From Anaerohalosphaeraceae bacterium (GTDB lineage Bacteria; Planctomycetota; Phycisphaerae; Sedimentisphaerales; Anaerohalosphaeraceae): a stretch of 64,000 nucleotides of DNA. This document shows positions 20,181-29,520 of this stretch, one piece after another. Below the pieces are notes generated by a model. It was not told the DNA's origin. It searched no databases and worked only from the letters and a program-made list of their open reading frames with translations. Position numbers and translations under genes: made by a program. The DNA lies in the NCBI GenBank assembly GCA_963675525.2, contig CAXXSL010000016.1:384001-448000 (forward strand), in the 5' to 3' direction. Every line of letters starts with the position of its first letter. Position 1 is the stretch's first letter.

Positions 20181-20762
20181 ATGTCACGAAAGCCAACAGA
20201 CACAAAAGAGCGAATTCTTGACACCGCAATCCATCTTTTCAGTACTCACGGTTTTGCGGGGACAGCTATCGATGATATCCTGACCGCTGTCGGGATCACC
20301 AAAGGCGCGTTTTATCATTATTTCAAAAGTAAAGATAACCTCTGTGAGGCAGTGCTGGATGCCGCGATCAGCCAATACCATCAGCTTGCCGAACCCTTCC
20401 AGACGGATACCGCCAAACCCGAGGCTCTGTGCCAATGGCTGACCACTCTGATCGAAAAACAAACGTCAGGCCAGTGGCTGCATTGCCGGCTCGTTACACG
20501 ACTGTCCATTGAATCGGCCGAACTCAATGCGTCGATGCAGAATAAACTGCGAATGTTCTGGCTGTGGTGCCAAAGCTTGTACGAAACTCTGATCCGCCGA
20601 GCGATACAGGATAAGCCACGGGATAAACCTATTGATCCGGCCGCAACAGCAAGACTGTTTATCGCCGCCCACTTCGGCGCCCTCTGGCTGGATCGTTGCG
20701 CACCGGCCAAAGAAGACATCGTCAACGTTTGCGAAACACTCCTCCGCCAAATCAGCGAATAA
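20181..20762 (+). CDS. TetR/AcrR-family regulator
   Basis: ILDTAIHLFSTHGF...GITKGAFYHYFKSKDNL. Confidence 0.93.
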   Translation: MSRKPTDTKERILDTAIHLFSTHGFAGTAIDDILTAVGITKGAFYHYFKSKDNLCEAVLDAAISQYHQLAEPFQTDTAKPEALCQWLTTLIEKQTSGQWLHCRLVTRLSIESAELNASMQNKLRMFWLWCQSLYETLIRRAIQDKPRDKPIDPAATARLFIAAHFGALWLDRCAPAKEDIVNVCETLLRQISE

Positions 20763-20926
20763 CCTGTCGCTATCGTTTGCGCGCATAATGGAACAATAAA
20801 AAGTTGACTTTTTATTCTTTTTTCTTTGATATTGACGGCTGTTGTCCTTTACGACATAATTGAAAACCTAATGTGTCTAGACAAGAATAATCGATACTAT
20901 TTCTATGAAGGCAAAAGAGAATTATC

Positions 20927-22126
20927 ATGAAAACCCTGGTCATTAACGCAGGCAGCTCGTCGATCAAATATCAGTTGTTTGACATGCCCGACCGAAATAT
21001 CCTGGCCAAAGGCATAGTGGAGCGTATCGGCTCTCCGGATGCACAGCTTTTGCATCGTTACAACGGCCAAAAGCACATTGCTCAGGTTACCGCGCCGGAT
21101 CATGACGCTGGCATGGATGTGATTCTTTCAACTCTAAAAGATGCGATAATCGGCGCAGTCAGTAAAATCAGCGAGATCCAAGCCGTCGGTCATCGGGTCG
21201 TCCACGGCGGGGAAGAATTTACCGGATCAGTCGTCATCAATGACCACGTGCTGGACTCCATCGAACGCTTTGCCGACCTTGCCCCCCTGCACAATCCGCC
21301 GAATTTAACCGGTATCCGCGCAGCAATACACGCTTTGCCGAATGCCGTGCAGGTCGCCTGCTTCGACACAGCGTTTCATACGACCATCTCGCAGACGGCA
21401 TATTTGTATGCCCTGCCGTATGAGATTTATGAAAAGTACCGTGTGCGGCGATATGGCTTTCACGGCACCAGCCACCGCTATGTGGCGCGGCGATGCGCCA
21501 AGTTGATGGGCGTTGACAAAACACAGGCCAATATCATCACCTGTCATCTGGGTAACGGCTGCTCGATGACCGCGGTTAAAGAAGGCAGGAGTGTCGACAC
21601 ATCAATGGGCCTGACCCCGCTGGAAGGTCTGGTCATGGGTACCCGCTGCGGAGATATCGACCCGGCGATCCTTTTTTATCTGGGCAACAAGGGCTACAGC
21701 ATTGAGCAGCTTAATAACATGTGCAATAAACAAAGCGGGCTGTTAGGGATTTCCGGCATTTCAAATGACATGCGGAATCTGACCGAACTGATCGGACAGG
21801 GCAACGAACCGGCCAAACTGGCGGTCGATATTTTCGTCTATCGCATCAAAAAATACATCGGAACTTATACCGCAGTGCTGGGCCGGGTAGATGGGATCGT
21901 CTTTACCGGCGGCATCGGCGAAAACAATCCTGACCTGCGGGAAAATGTCTGTGCGGAACAATCACAGATCGGCATAGAAATTGACGCCGAACGCAACAAA
22001 ACCAAATCATCCGAAGACCGGCTCATCAGTGCCGACAACAGCCGGGTCAAAGTCTATGTGATTCCAACGGACGAAGAAGCCGCCATCGCAGGAGATACCT
22101 ACGAATTGGCTATAGCAAGTTCGTAA
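20927..22126 (+). CDS. ackA: Acetate kinase
   Basis: INAGSSSIKYQL, VGHRVVHGG, LAPLHNP, RRYGFHGTSH, DTSMGLTPLEGLVMGTRCG, FTGGIGEN. Confidence 0.97.
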   Translation: MKTLVINAGSSSIKYQLFDMPDRNILAKGIVERIGSPDAQLLHRYNGQKHIAQVTAPDHDAGMDVILSTLKDAIIGAVSKISEIQAVGHRVVHGGEEFTGSVVINDHVLDSIERFADLAPLHNPPNLTGIRAAIHALPNAVQVACFDTAFHTTISQTAYLYALPYEIYEKYRVRRYGFHGTSHRYVARRCAKLMGVDKTQANIITCHLGNGCSMTAVKEGRSVDTSMGLTPLEGLVMGTRCGDIDPAILFYLGNKGYSIEQLNNMCNKQSGLLGISGISNDMRNLTELIGQGNEPAKLAVDIFVYRIKKYIGTYTAVLGRVDGIVFTGGIGENNPDLRENVCAEQSQIGIEIDAERNKTKSSEDRLISADNSRVKVYVIPTDEEAAIAGDTYELAIASS

Positions 22127-22188
22127 ATTCCAAAAGCCCAAATGCTAACTTCGAATGACTGGAGTGTGCAATTTGGATTTTGGAATTT
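22125..22188. repeat. Inverted heptamer-type repeat between convergent genes
   Basis: aaattccaaaagcccaaat...atttggattttggaattt. Confidence 0.5.
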
Positions 22189-22189
22189 T

Positions 22190-23005
22190 CTACAGCGAAC
22201 GCTGTAGAATAATGCCACAGTTCCGCCATTGCTGTGCAAATTGTATGCGGGGGATATACACCAACCCTTCCATGGGATCGGCAACGGTGACCGTTTCGTC
22301 CGTGTAGCTCATCACCGCCACACAGTGATCGAGCATCGTCGCATCCCTGACGACCACCAGCGTGACACTGTCAGCAGGGATTGCATCCAGTGAGTCCAGA
22401 TAGCTGAAACGGCAGCGAAGGCCCTGCGATGAGTAATTGTCTTTGAGGACCCGGTAGAGGTTCCAGGGCGACGTACCAATGACAGGCGAGGTTCGGGCCG
22501 CAACCGCAAGCTGTCCTTCCGTCGTGTCCATACCGAAGTATTTCAGTGCCGTGACCGCCGCGGCCGGACCGCAGGTAAACGGTTGGCTCTGGCGGCAGAC
22601 CCCATCGACATCGATCTGAGTTGGAATACAAGATAAATCCCCCTGAACCAACGCCGGACCCATAAAGGGAAGCGTAATTAAAATGGCAATGAAAATGCTC
22701 ATGAGTACACAGGTGGTAAATCGGGAAATAATGCTTCGCAATTGACTCAGGGGTGCGGTCAGCCCGATGGTGACCGCAAAGGTCAGCAGGATAAACCGAA
22801 GACGCCCGGCCGCAATCGGCCGCAGGGGGGGAAGGTACGGCCACAAAACACTCAGCCGGGCCAACAGGATAAGCAAAATGATACCGAATGCGGCAGCCAT
22901 CGCCATGATACGTGCCGTCGGGGAGTGTTTTGACGACCACCGCCCCGCAAACAGACCGCAAGCAGCGACAGCCAAGATACCGATTGTCTCCAGCCAGAGA
23001 CTCAT
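22190..23005 (-). CDS. Membrane-anchored C39-family cysteine peptidase
   Basis: 4 TM helices then QSQPFTCGPAA, DHCVAV, VADP (Q/C/H/D); likely start MSLWLET at 23005. Confidence 0.8.
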   Translation of the reverse strand: MSLWLETIGILAVAACGLFAGRWSSKHSPTARIMAMAAAFGIILLILLARLSVLWPYLPPLRPIAAGRLRFILLTFAVTIGLTAPLSQLRSIISRFTTCVLMSIFIAILITLPFMGPALVQGDLSCIPTQIDVDGVCRQSQPFTCGPAAAVTALKYFGMDTTEGQLAVAARTSPVIGTSPWNLYRVLKDNYSSQGLRCRFSYLDSLDAIPADSVTLVVVRDATMLDHCVAVMSYTDETVTVADPMEGLVYIPRIQFAQQWRNCGIILQRSL

Positions 23006-23241
23006 GTTCTCCCTTCCCGCATACAATTTCACCGGACCGTCCGGCTTTTCATCAACGTCCTCTCCCCTCATCATACCAAAACAACCCCGCATCGCAAACC
23101 GGATAAAACCTAAAAAGAGCCGCATTATCGAAACAACGCCTATTGCACTCCAGAAAACTGATTTTATCGGAAGTCTCAGTAAAATCACGGATATTTTTTA
23201 TGGTCCAATTCCTCTACGAAACAAGTAAATTCAGAGAGAAC

Positions 23242-25440
23242 TTACCGTCTTCGCTTTTTATGAGAGTGGTGGTTTCGTTTGTATTTGCGGCGGTTGAGGG
23301 TTGGGCGTTCTTTGACGAGAGGTTCGGCGGGCGCCAGGAACAACTGGCGGCCGGCAACGTTGACCGCCGCAATCCGAACTTTCATGAGCTGGCCAAGATG
23401 AACACTTTCGCCGGACCATTTGCCGACCACAGCCTGAGCACGTTCGTCAAACTTCCATTCATCCAGTCCCAGATCGCCCGGTTCGATCATTCCCTCAATG
23501 CCGAATTTGGTGCACTGGACAAACACGCCAAAATTGGTCAGGCCCGAAACAACCACATCCATATCCTGACCGATGCGCTCGCTGAGCATCTGCAGGAGCA
23601 ATACCGTCTTGAGTTCCTTTTCGGCATCAGCGGCCTGCTGTTCAGTAAAAGTGATGTGCTTGCCGACCTCGATCAGCTCACCTTCGGCGAGAACTTCATC
23701 CAGCCCGATCTTGTTGAGTTTTCCGCGGACATAGCAATCGATCAGCCGGTGTACCAGCAAATCCGCATAGCGGCGGATGGGACTGGTAAAATGGCAGTAA
23801 TGCGTTGACGCCAGCGCAAAGTGCCCAATGTGCAGCGGCGAATATTCAGCCTTCTGCATACTGCGCAGGACATGCATATTGATCGCATAAGACAAAGGTG
23901 TATTTTTCGCGGAACTCAGCAGGTCCTGGATGGCATAGCGGTCCAGATGGCGCGGGACTTTCAGGCCGCATACCTTAATGAATCGACCGAGATTTTTCTG
24001 GGTGATCGCATCCGGATCCGGATGGATGCGTCGCATGAACGGCACATCAAACCGGTCCAGCAGGCTCGCCACCGCTTCATTGGCTTCAACCATGAACATT
24101 TCGATCATGGTATGCGGATAACTGTCGTCAGCCGGATGAGCATCGACAACACGTCCCTGCTCATCATAAACCAGTTCCGTTTCCGGCAGGTCCAGATGGA
24201 GCATCCCGTTTTTTTCGCGGCGTTTTTCAATGGCCCTTGCCAACAGCTCCATATCCTTAAGCAATGCGACGACTTCACCCGGATAGCCTTCGGCATGTCC
24301 CTTTAAAATCGCATCCACTTCCAGATAGGCCAGCCGTTTCTTCGAACAAATAATGCTGTTGTCGAATTCCGTTCCGAGCACGTTGCCTTTAAGGTCATAG
24401 GTGATATAAGCGCTTTTAGCAAAACGCTTTTGATCCGGCTGAAGCGAGCAGATCCCATTACTCAAAACTTCCGGCAGCATCGGGATGACCTTTTGCGGCA
24501 GATAAACACTGTTGCCGCGGAGACGGGCTTCCTTATCCAGCGGCGAATCCTGCGGGATAAAATGGCTGACATCGGCGATGTGCACGCCCAGCTGCCAATG
24601 GCCGGACTTGTCTTTTTTCAGACTGATCGCATCGTCAAAATCACGTGCATCCGGCGGATCGATCGTCACGATCACTTCATCGGTGATATCGATTCGATGC
24701 TCCGTCGCGATCGGTTTGAAATGTTCGACCGACTGATGGGCCTGATCGCGACAGGTCGAATCAAACTCCACAGGCAGACCATAGCGGGCAATGATCGAAC
24801 GAATTTCGGCATCATATTCTCCCGCCTGCCCGAGAATCTCGACAATCGCTCCGCGCGCAGGCATATCGTCAGTCGGATAGCTGACGATCTCCAGAACAAC
24901 CTTGTCATTTTCTTTGGCACCGCTGGAGGGAGCGTCATCCACCAGGATCGACGGAAAGAAACCTTTGCCTTCCGGCTGAACGACCCACAACCCCTTATGA
25001 CGCAGCAATGTGCCGACAAACCGGTCACTGCCGCGTTCGACAATATCAATGATGATTCCCGAGTAGCGCACCTGACCGTCACGATGACCTTTTTTTACCG
25101 CGCGAGCCACCACAGTGTCGTTATTCATGGCCCCGGCGGTATCTTCCGGCGAAACATACAGATCCCCGTACGCATTCGGTGCCAGCGGAATCACAAACCC
25201 GAAACCTCGTAAATTGGCGCGGAATGTCCCGATGACACGGTGACCCATGGCCGGAAGACTGACATTCTTACGTGAATCAATCACAACCTGACTGTTTTGA
25301 CGCATCTGCTCGATCGCCGCCCCAAAGGTATCATAGCTATCCGAAGACACACCAAGCGACTGCGCCAGTTTCCTGGCCGTCATGGGCGTATAATCACGCC
25401 GCGTCAGCGTTGCGAGTATTTGTTTTTTAAGGAGTTCCAT
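23242..25440 (-). CDS. rnr: Ribonuclease R
   Basis: GFGFV cold-shock domain, TIDPPDARDFDDA, VHIADVS, HFTSPIRRYADL, S1 domain, basic tail. Confidence 0.95.
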   Translation of the reverse strand: MELLKKQILATLTRRDYTPMTARKLAQSLGVSSDSYDTFGAAIEQMRQNSQVVIDSRKNVSLPAMGHRVIGTFRANLRGFGFVIPLAPNAYGDLYVSPEDTAGAMNNDTVVARAVKKGHRDGQVRYSGIIIDIVERGSDRFVGTLLRHKGLWVVQPEGKGFFPSILVDDAPSSGAKENDKVVLEIVSYPTDDMPARGAIVEILGQAGEYDAEIRSIIARYGLPVEFDSTCRDQAHQSVEHFKPIATEHRIDITDEVIVTIDPPDARDFDDAISLKKDKSGHWQLGVHIADVSHFIPQDSPLDKEARLRGNSVYLPQKVIPMLPEVLSNGICSLQPDQKRFAKSAYITYDLKGNVLGTEFDNSIICSKKRLAYLEVDAILKGHAEGYPGEVVALLKDMELLARAIEKRREKNGMLHLDLPETELVYDEQGRVVDAHPADDSYPHTMIEMFMVEANEAVASLLDRFDVPFMRRIHPDPDAITQKNLGRFIKVCGLKVPRHLDRYAIQDLLSSAKNTPLSYAINMHVLRSMQKAEYSPLHIGHFALASTHYCHFTSPIRRYADLLVHRLIDCYVRGKLNKIGLDEVLAEGELIEVGKHITFTEQQAADAEKELKTVLLLQMLSERIGQDMDVVVSGLTNFGVFVQCTKFGIEGMIEPGDLGLDEWKFDERAQAVVGKWSGESVHLGQLMKVRIAAVNVAGRQLFLAPAEPLVKERPTLNRRKYKRNHHSHKKRRR

Positions 25441-25590
25441 TAGGTTTTTTAATCAATCTACATTTTTCTTATGTTATTTATAAATGGCTGTTATGATTAG
25501 TATGCTACCATTGCCGACCGGATAAGACAAGGATTTTCAGGCACAGAACATAACTAGAGGATTGGGGCATACGGATCTGCTGAAAGGGGT

Positions 25591-25637
25591 AAAAAAAAAG
25601 CGTCCGCCGATGTCTAACCTTATCGACGAGACGCCTT
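25591..25637 (-). terminator. Probable rpsT terminator
   Basis: Imperfect hairpin gcgtc..gacgc preceded on the + strand by A9 (U run on the - strand). Confidence 0.5.
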
Positions 25638-25669
25638 TGATTCTGAAAATAAAAAACCGACCGAATAAC

Positions 25670-25948
25670 TTATCCGGCCACCTTAGCTTTCATTGCATTC
25701 AGACGGCGGGCCATCCGGGACTTCATCCGTGAGGCGGTATTTTTGTGCATCGTGCTGGTGGATGCCACCTTGTCGAGCTTTTTGGTCAACAGAACAAACT
25801 GCTCATTTGCCTGATCCACTTCGCCGGCGCCTAAGGCCGCTTCAAAATGCTTAACCTGGGTTCTGACCATGCTCTTACGTGAACGATTGATCACGCGTCT
25901 CTTGGCATTCTGCCGAATTCGTTTTTTGGCTGATAAAGAATGTGCCAC
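25670..25948 (-). CDS. rpsT: 30S ribosomal protein S20
   Basis: MAHSLSAKKRIRQNAKRRVINRSRKSMVRT...MHKNTASRMKSR. Confidence 0.97.
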   Translation of the reverse strand: MAHSLSAKKRIRQNAKRRVINRSRKSMVRTQVKHFEAALGAGEVDQANEQFVLLTKKLDKVASTSTMHKNTASRMKSRMARRLNAMKAKVAG

Positions 25949-26021
25949 TTTTTACTCCTGTTTCTTATTTAAAGGACTCTACGACTGAGAGGTTAGTTCT
26001 GCAATCTGGCATAGAAAAGCT

Positions 26022-27422
26022 CTATTTTGTAACATCTTTTCGCAAAATGTCAATACGCTGTCCGACATCTTTATAACTAAAATCGGCCTGAGCCAGCTTT
26101 CGGTAGATATCCAGAGCCTCCTGCCCCTTGCCTTTTGCTTCGTAAGCCCTTGCCAGATTGTATCTTATGTCTTTTGCGATAGCACTTTCCTTGTTGGCAC
26201 AATTTTTTAACGCATCTTGAAAAATATCGATGGCATCCTCGGCCCAGCCCTTCAAAAGGAAGCATAATCCCATTTTGTCCATGGAAAGAACCTTCAATCG
26301 GGGGTCCTTGCGGGACTCCTGGAACATGGGGATCGCCTGATCGTACTGCTGGGTCTTGACCAGACAGCGCCCGTATTCATATTTGAATCTCAGGTCGGTC
26401 GGATAATGTTCCTGGCATTTTTTGAAATGCTCGGTCTCGACCTCTTCGAACTGGTGCTGGAGCTGCTGAAGTGTTTTCTGAAGACCCGCATCCTCCGGCT
26501 GGGTTTTAAGCTGACCGCTAACCCCGCGAATCTGATCTTTGAGATTTTTGATGCGATACTCACCCAGCCGCTTTAAAAAAGTATAGTCCTTGGACTGGGC
26601 GTAGGAATTTTGCAGCAGGTTGATCGCTTCGGCCTCAGATTCATTGGTTGCCAGGGCAAACATCGCATCGGCCAGTTCGAGAATATTGGTAACAGTGGCC
26701 TGCCCGCCCTGAACTTTTTTGCGAGCCTGAAATACAGCCTGCTTCTTGAAATCCTCGTTTTTGATAATATTTTCCTGGCTATGAAGCCTTTCCTGTGACT
26801 CCTTATCCTGAATGGAACCGCGGAAATCATCCGTTTTGCCGTAATTACCCTTTTCCATCGTCATGCTGGCACACAAATCCCGCAGTTCATCGCGCAGTGC
26901 CGCATCGTTGGGTTTCAGTTTAATGGCGTGTTCGCAGGCTCCGACGGCATTTGTGAACATCTGCATTTTGACATACGAATCCTTCAGGAGGATATACGCG
27001 GCAAAACTGGGCTTACCGCTGGCCTTGTTGGCCTCAAAAACCAACGACGCCAGCCATTCAGCCGTCCGCAGATACCCCCCCTTGACCGCCGCCTTGAGCA
27101 TCTCTTCGGCATAGGGAAGATGGTCCGGGTCCTTGGCCATCAGATATTCGGCATTGAGCATTTCATCCAGCGGCATTTTGCCCTTTAAATGCTTGACCTT
27201 CTCCATCATGGTCGGTTTTTTGCCGCCCGCTCCCTGGCGCATCAGGGCCAGTCTGCGCAGCGGCGCATGCCCGTCTTCGAGGGCGTCCGGCGACAGACGA
27301 AGCCCGTCAAGATACAGGTCGATCGCATAATTAAAATTCGACGTCGAGGCGACTTCCTCGGCGCGGGCAAAAAAAGCACGGGCCTTTTCCAACCCGATCT
27401 CGTAGGGGTCCTTATCGATCAC
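26022..27422 (-). CDS. Tetratricopeptide-repeat protein
   Basis: Helical repeats, YEYGRCL...AIPMFQ, RYNLARAYE...ADFSYKDV. Confidence 0.85.
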   Translation of the reverse strand: MIDKDPYEIGLEKARAFFARAEEVASTSNFNYAIDLYLDGLRLSPDALEDGHAPLRRLALMRQGAGGKKPTMMEKVKHLKGKMPLDEMLNAEYLMAKDPDHLPYAEEMLKAAVKGGYLRTAEWLASLVFEANKASGKPSFAAYILLKDSYVKMQMFTNAVGACEHAIKLKPNDAALRDELRDLCASMTMEKGNYGKTDDFRGSIQDKESQERLHSQENIIKNEDFKKQAVFQARKKVQGGQATVTNILELADAMFALATNESEAEAINLLQNSYAQSKDYTFLKRLGEYRIKNLKDQIRGVSGQLKTQPEDAGLQKTLQQLQHQFEEVETEHFKKCQEHYPTDLRFKYEYGRCLVKTQQYDQAIPMFQESRKDPRLKVLSMDKMGLCFLLKGWAEDAIDIFQDALKNCANKESAIAKDIRYNLARAYEAKGKGQEALDIYRKLAQADFSYKDVGQRIDILRKDVTK

Positions 27423-27755
27423 GATGCACTAACTCTCCCAAAAATTAGCTATTAAAGTGCGTATCATACAGTTTTTTCGGCATAATTGTCAATAAAAATG
27501 AGCGGAATTAAGCCTGATTAAAGACCAATCCACATTATCGAGGATTTTTTCGGCTCCACCCGGCATTTTCACCCGTTTTCAACGCTCAACAACCTCCTGA
27601 TATCTCTTGTCTGATATCGGATGACTGCAATGCTTATTCGTCCACCACAAAGTCTGTACAGCAGACGCCATGTTGTAGATAATATGTAGGCCATCCAAAA
27701 GTTCTTATAATGGTTTTTGAACCCTAAACCGGAACCATTATCGAAAGGATGGCCC

Positions 27756-28838
27756 ATGCGTAGTCTATCAAAGGTACAGACATTTTTCAACACTATCCGT
27801 TTAACCCGTAACGATGCATTGTTTATTGGTATTGACACCCATAAGGAAACGTATCATGTCGCGCTGCACTTAAACGACACCCCCGCTCTTGATTTTGTCA
27901 TGCCGTCGAATCCCAATCAACTTATTGAACAGCTCAAACCGGTCCAGCACGCCATCAAAGAGATTGTTTACGAAGCCGGGCCCACGGGCTATTCATTGGC
28001 TCGCACCTTACAAAAACACCATCTGCCCGTGACTATTGCGGCCACCTCTAAAACGCCCCGGCCGGCCGCCAAAGAGGACAAGACAGATCGCCTGGACAGT
28101 AAAAAACTGGCGTGTTATCTGGCCAAGGGGCTCCTCAAACCGGTGACCATTCCTTCGGTCCAGCAGGAGGGGGACCGACAGTTGTGCCGGATGCGGCATC
28201 GTCAACGAAAAAACGGAGCCTGTGTCAAAACTCAAATCAAGTCATTTTTATTACAACACGGGCTGACGGAACCGGAAGGGCTCAAATATTGGTCTGGTAA
28301 AAGCATCGACGCCCTCCGAGCCTTGCGGCTGCCAAAGCCATTACGTTTGTCACTGGACGCGTTACTCAGCGACCTGGACTACCATTCTGACAGACTGACG
28401 GTGCTTGAGCGTCTCCTGGACGAAAGGATGGGGTCAACACCAACCGGCCAGCGGATTGCATTACTTCAAACACATCCCGGCATCGGACCGGTGACAGCAC
28501 GACAGTTTGTTACGGAAGTGTTCCACTATGACCATTTTGAGACATCCTGCCAAGTGGTCAAATATGTCGGATTGGCCCCGACGATCCATCAAAGCGGTTC
28601 AAAAAGTACATCCGGCCCCATCAATCGGGACGGGAAGCCGTCCCTTCGTTGCACACTCATTCAAGCCGCATGGCAGTGGGTTGCCGTTGATGTTAAGGCC
28701 AAACAATACTTTTGGCGGATTTGTCACAGCAATGGGGGTATCAAACAGAAAGCGATCACTGCGGTGGCTCGAAAACTGACCGTGCATCTGTGGCGCATGT
28801 TGATAAAAAATGAACCCTATCGGGCGGAAAAAGCTTAA
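27756..28838 (+). CDS. IS110 DEDD recombinase/transposase (360 aa)
   Basis: FIGIDTHK, VYEAGPTG, KTDRLD (D-E-D-D), PGIGPVTA, YVGLAPTIHQSG (catalytic Ser), AVARKL; AAAGGA RBS. Confidence 0.96.
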   Translation: MRSLSKVQTFFNTIRLTRNDALFIGIDTHKETYHVALHLNDTPALDFVMPSNPNQLIEQLKPVQHAIKEIVYEAGPTGYSLARTLQKHHLPVTIAATSKTPRPAAKEDKTDRLDSKKLACYLAKGLLKPVTIPSVQQEGDRQLCRMRHRQRKNGACVKTQIKSFLLQHGLTEPEGLKYWSGKSIDALRALRLPKPLRLSLDALLSDLDYHSDRLTVLERLLDERMGSTPTGQRIALLQTHPGIGPVTARQFVTEVFHYDHFETSCQVVKYVGLAPTIHQSGSKSTSGPINRDGKPSLRCTLIQAAWQWVAVDVKAKQYFWRICHSNGGIKQKAITAVARKLTVHLWRMLIKNEPYRAEKA

Positions 28839-28859
28839 ACAGTATACGAATGGATTGAA

Positions 28860-29010
28860 GCTCACCACGACGTGCCGACCACGGCCCGAGGCTTGTGTCT
28901 TGAACACGATTGTAGATTGTTGGCGGCACCTCAGGAAGAACGAATCGATTAACGTGTGCTTCGAGCACGAATAACAGACTGAGCGATCAATCTTGAAAGA
29001 CAAGGAATAT
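28860..29010 (+). ncRNA. Putative bridge/seek RNA of the IS110 element (ends approximate)
   Basis: Two parallel internal loops: target loop with gcccgaggct (28884-93) and ttgtag (28910-15) closed by gtgccg/cggcac and gtgt/acac; donor loop with ataacag (28971-77) after the gtgc/gcac hairpin. Confidence 0.8.
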
Positions 29011-29080
29011 CGATATGAAGTAAAAAACAAAAAAATTGTTGGTTTTAAAATATAAGACTTGTAAGATGGCCTCATAACAG

Positions 29081-29436
29081 CCCCGGGCGAAACCCGGGGA
29101 AAACAATCACACCCCAACCCCCACGACCCCAACGGGGTCGAACAAAACAATCCTCATTCGTCCATAGAAAATCGAAACGTCCACCCCGTCCATGGAGCCT
29201 GTCCTGAGCGTAGCCGAATGGGTCCATGACCGTCCGTGTTCGTCCATCGACCATCAAAAGTCTGCGCAGCAGACGCCATGTTGTAGCCACGGGTGCCAGC
29301 CCGTGGACCAAAATCACAACCCCTCCCTCTGTGAGCCCGCGCAGCGGGCGACATAAATATCAAAAAATTCCACAAGCCCAAAGGGAAAACAATCACACAA
29401 CCCCCGACCCCGCAGGGGTCGAATAAAACAATCCTC
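29081..29436. repeat. Cluster of REP-like palindromes (GTAG-type), BIME-like
   Basis: ccccgggcgaaacccgggg; gacccc-aac-ggggtcga; gtag-ccacggg-tgccag-cccgtgg; gcccgc-gca-gcgggcga; gacccc-gca-ggggtcga; direct repeat gggaaaacaatcacac..ggggtcgaa.aaaacaatcctc at about 29097 and 29383. Confidence 0.8.
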
Positions 29437-29520
29437 CATCGTCAATCTTCATTCGTCAATTTTGTTGTCCCCACAGCCATTCCCCAGCGAAATCGGTAAA
29501 GTCAGATCACACCCGCCGCA

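Larger units (their letters stand above)
27679..29080 (+). mobile_element. Complete IS110-family element, IS1111 subgroup
   Basis: AG core at both junctions (27677-78, 29079-80); sub-terminal IRs atgtaggccatc / gatggcctcat; short left end, about 240-nt 3' non-coding end; removing it restores a REP-like palindrome. Confidence 0.9.

Noticed and set aside
28599..29426. ORFs 28599-29150, 29072-29317, 29154-29396 and 29226-29426
   Set aside because: They overlap the IS end and GC-rich REP palindromes and carry no protein motifs
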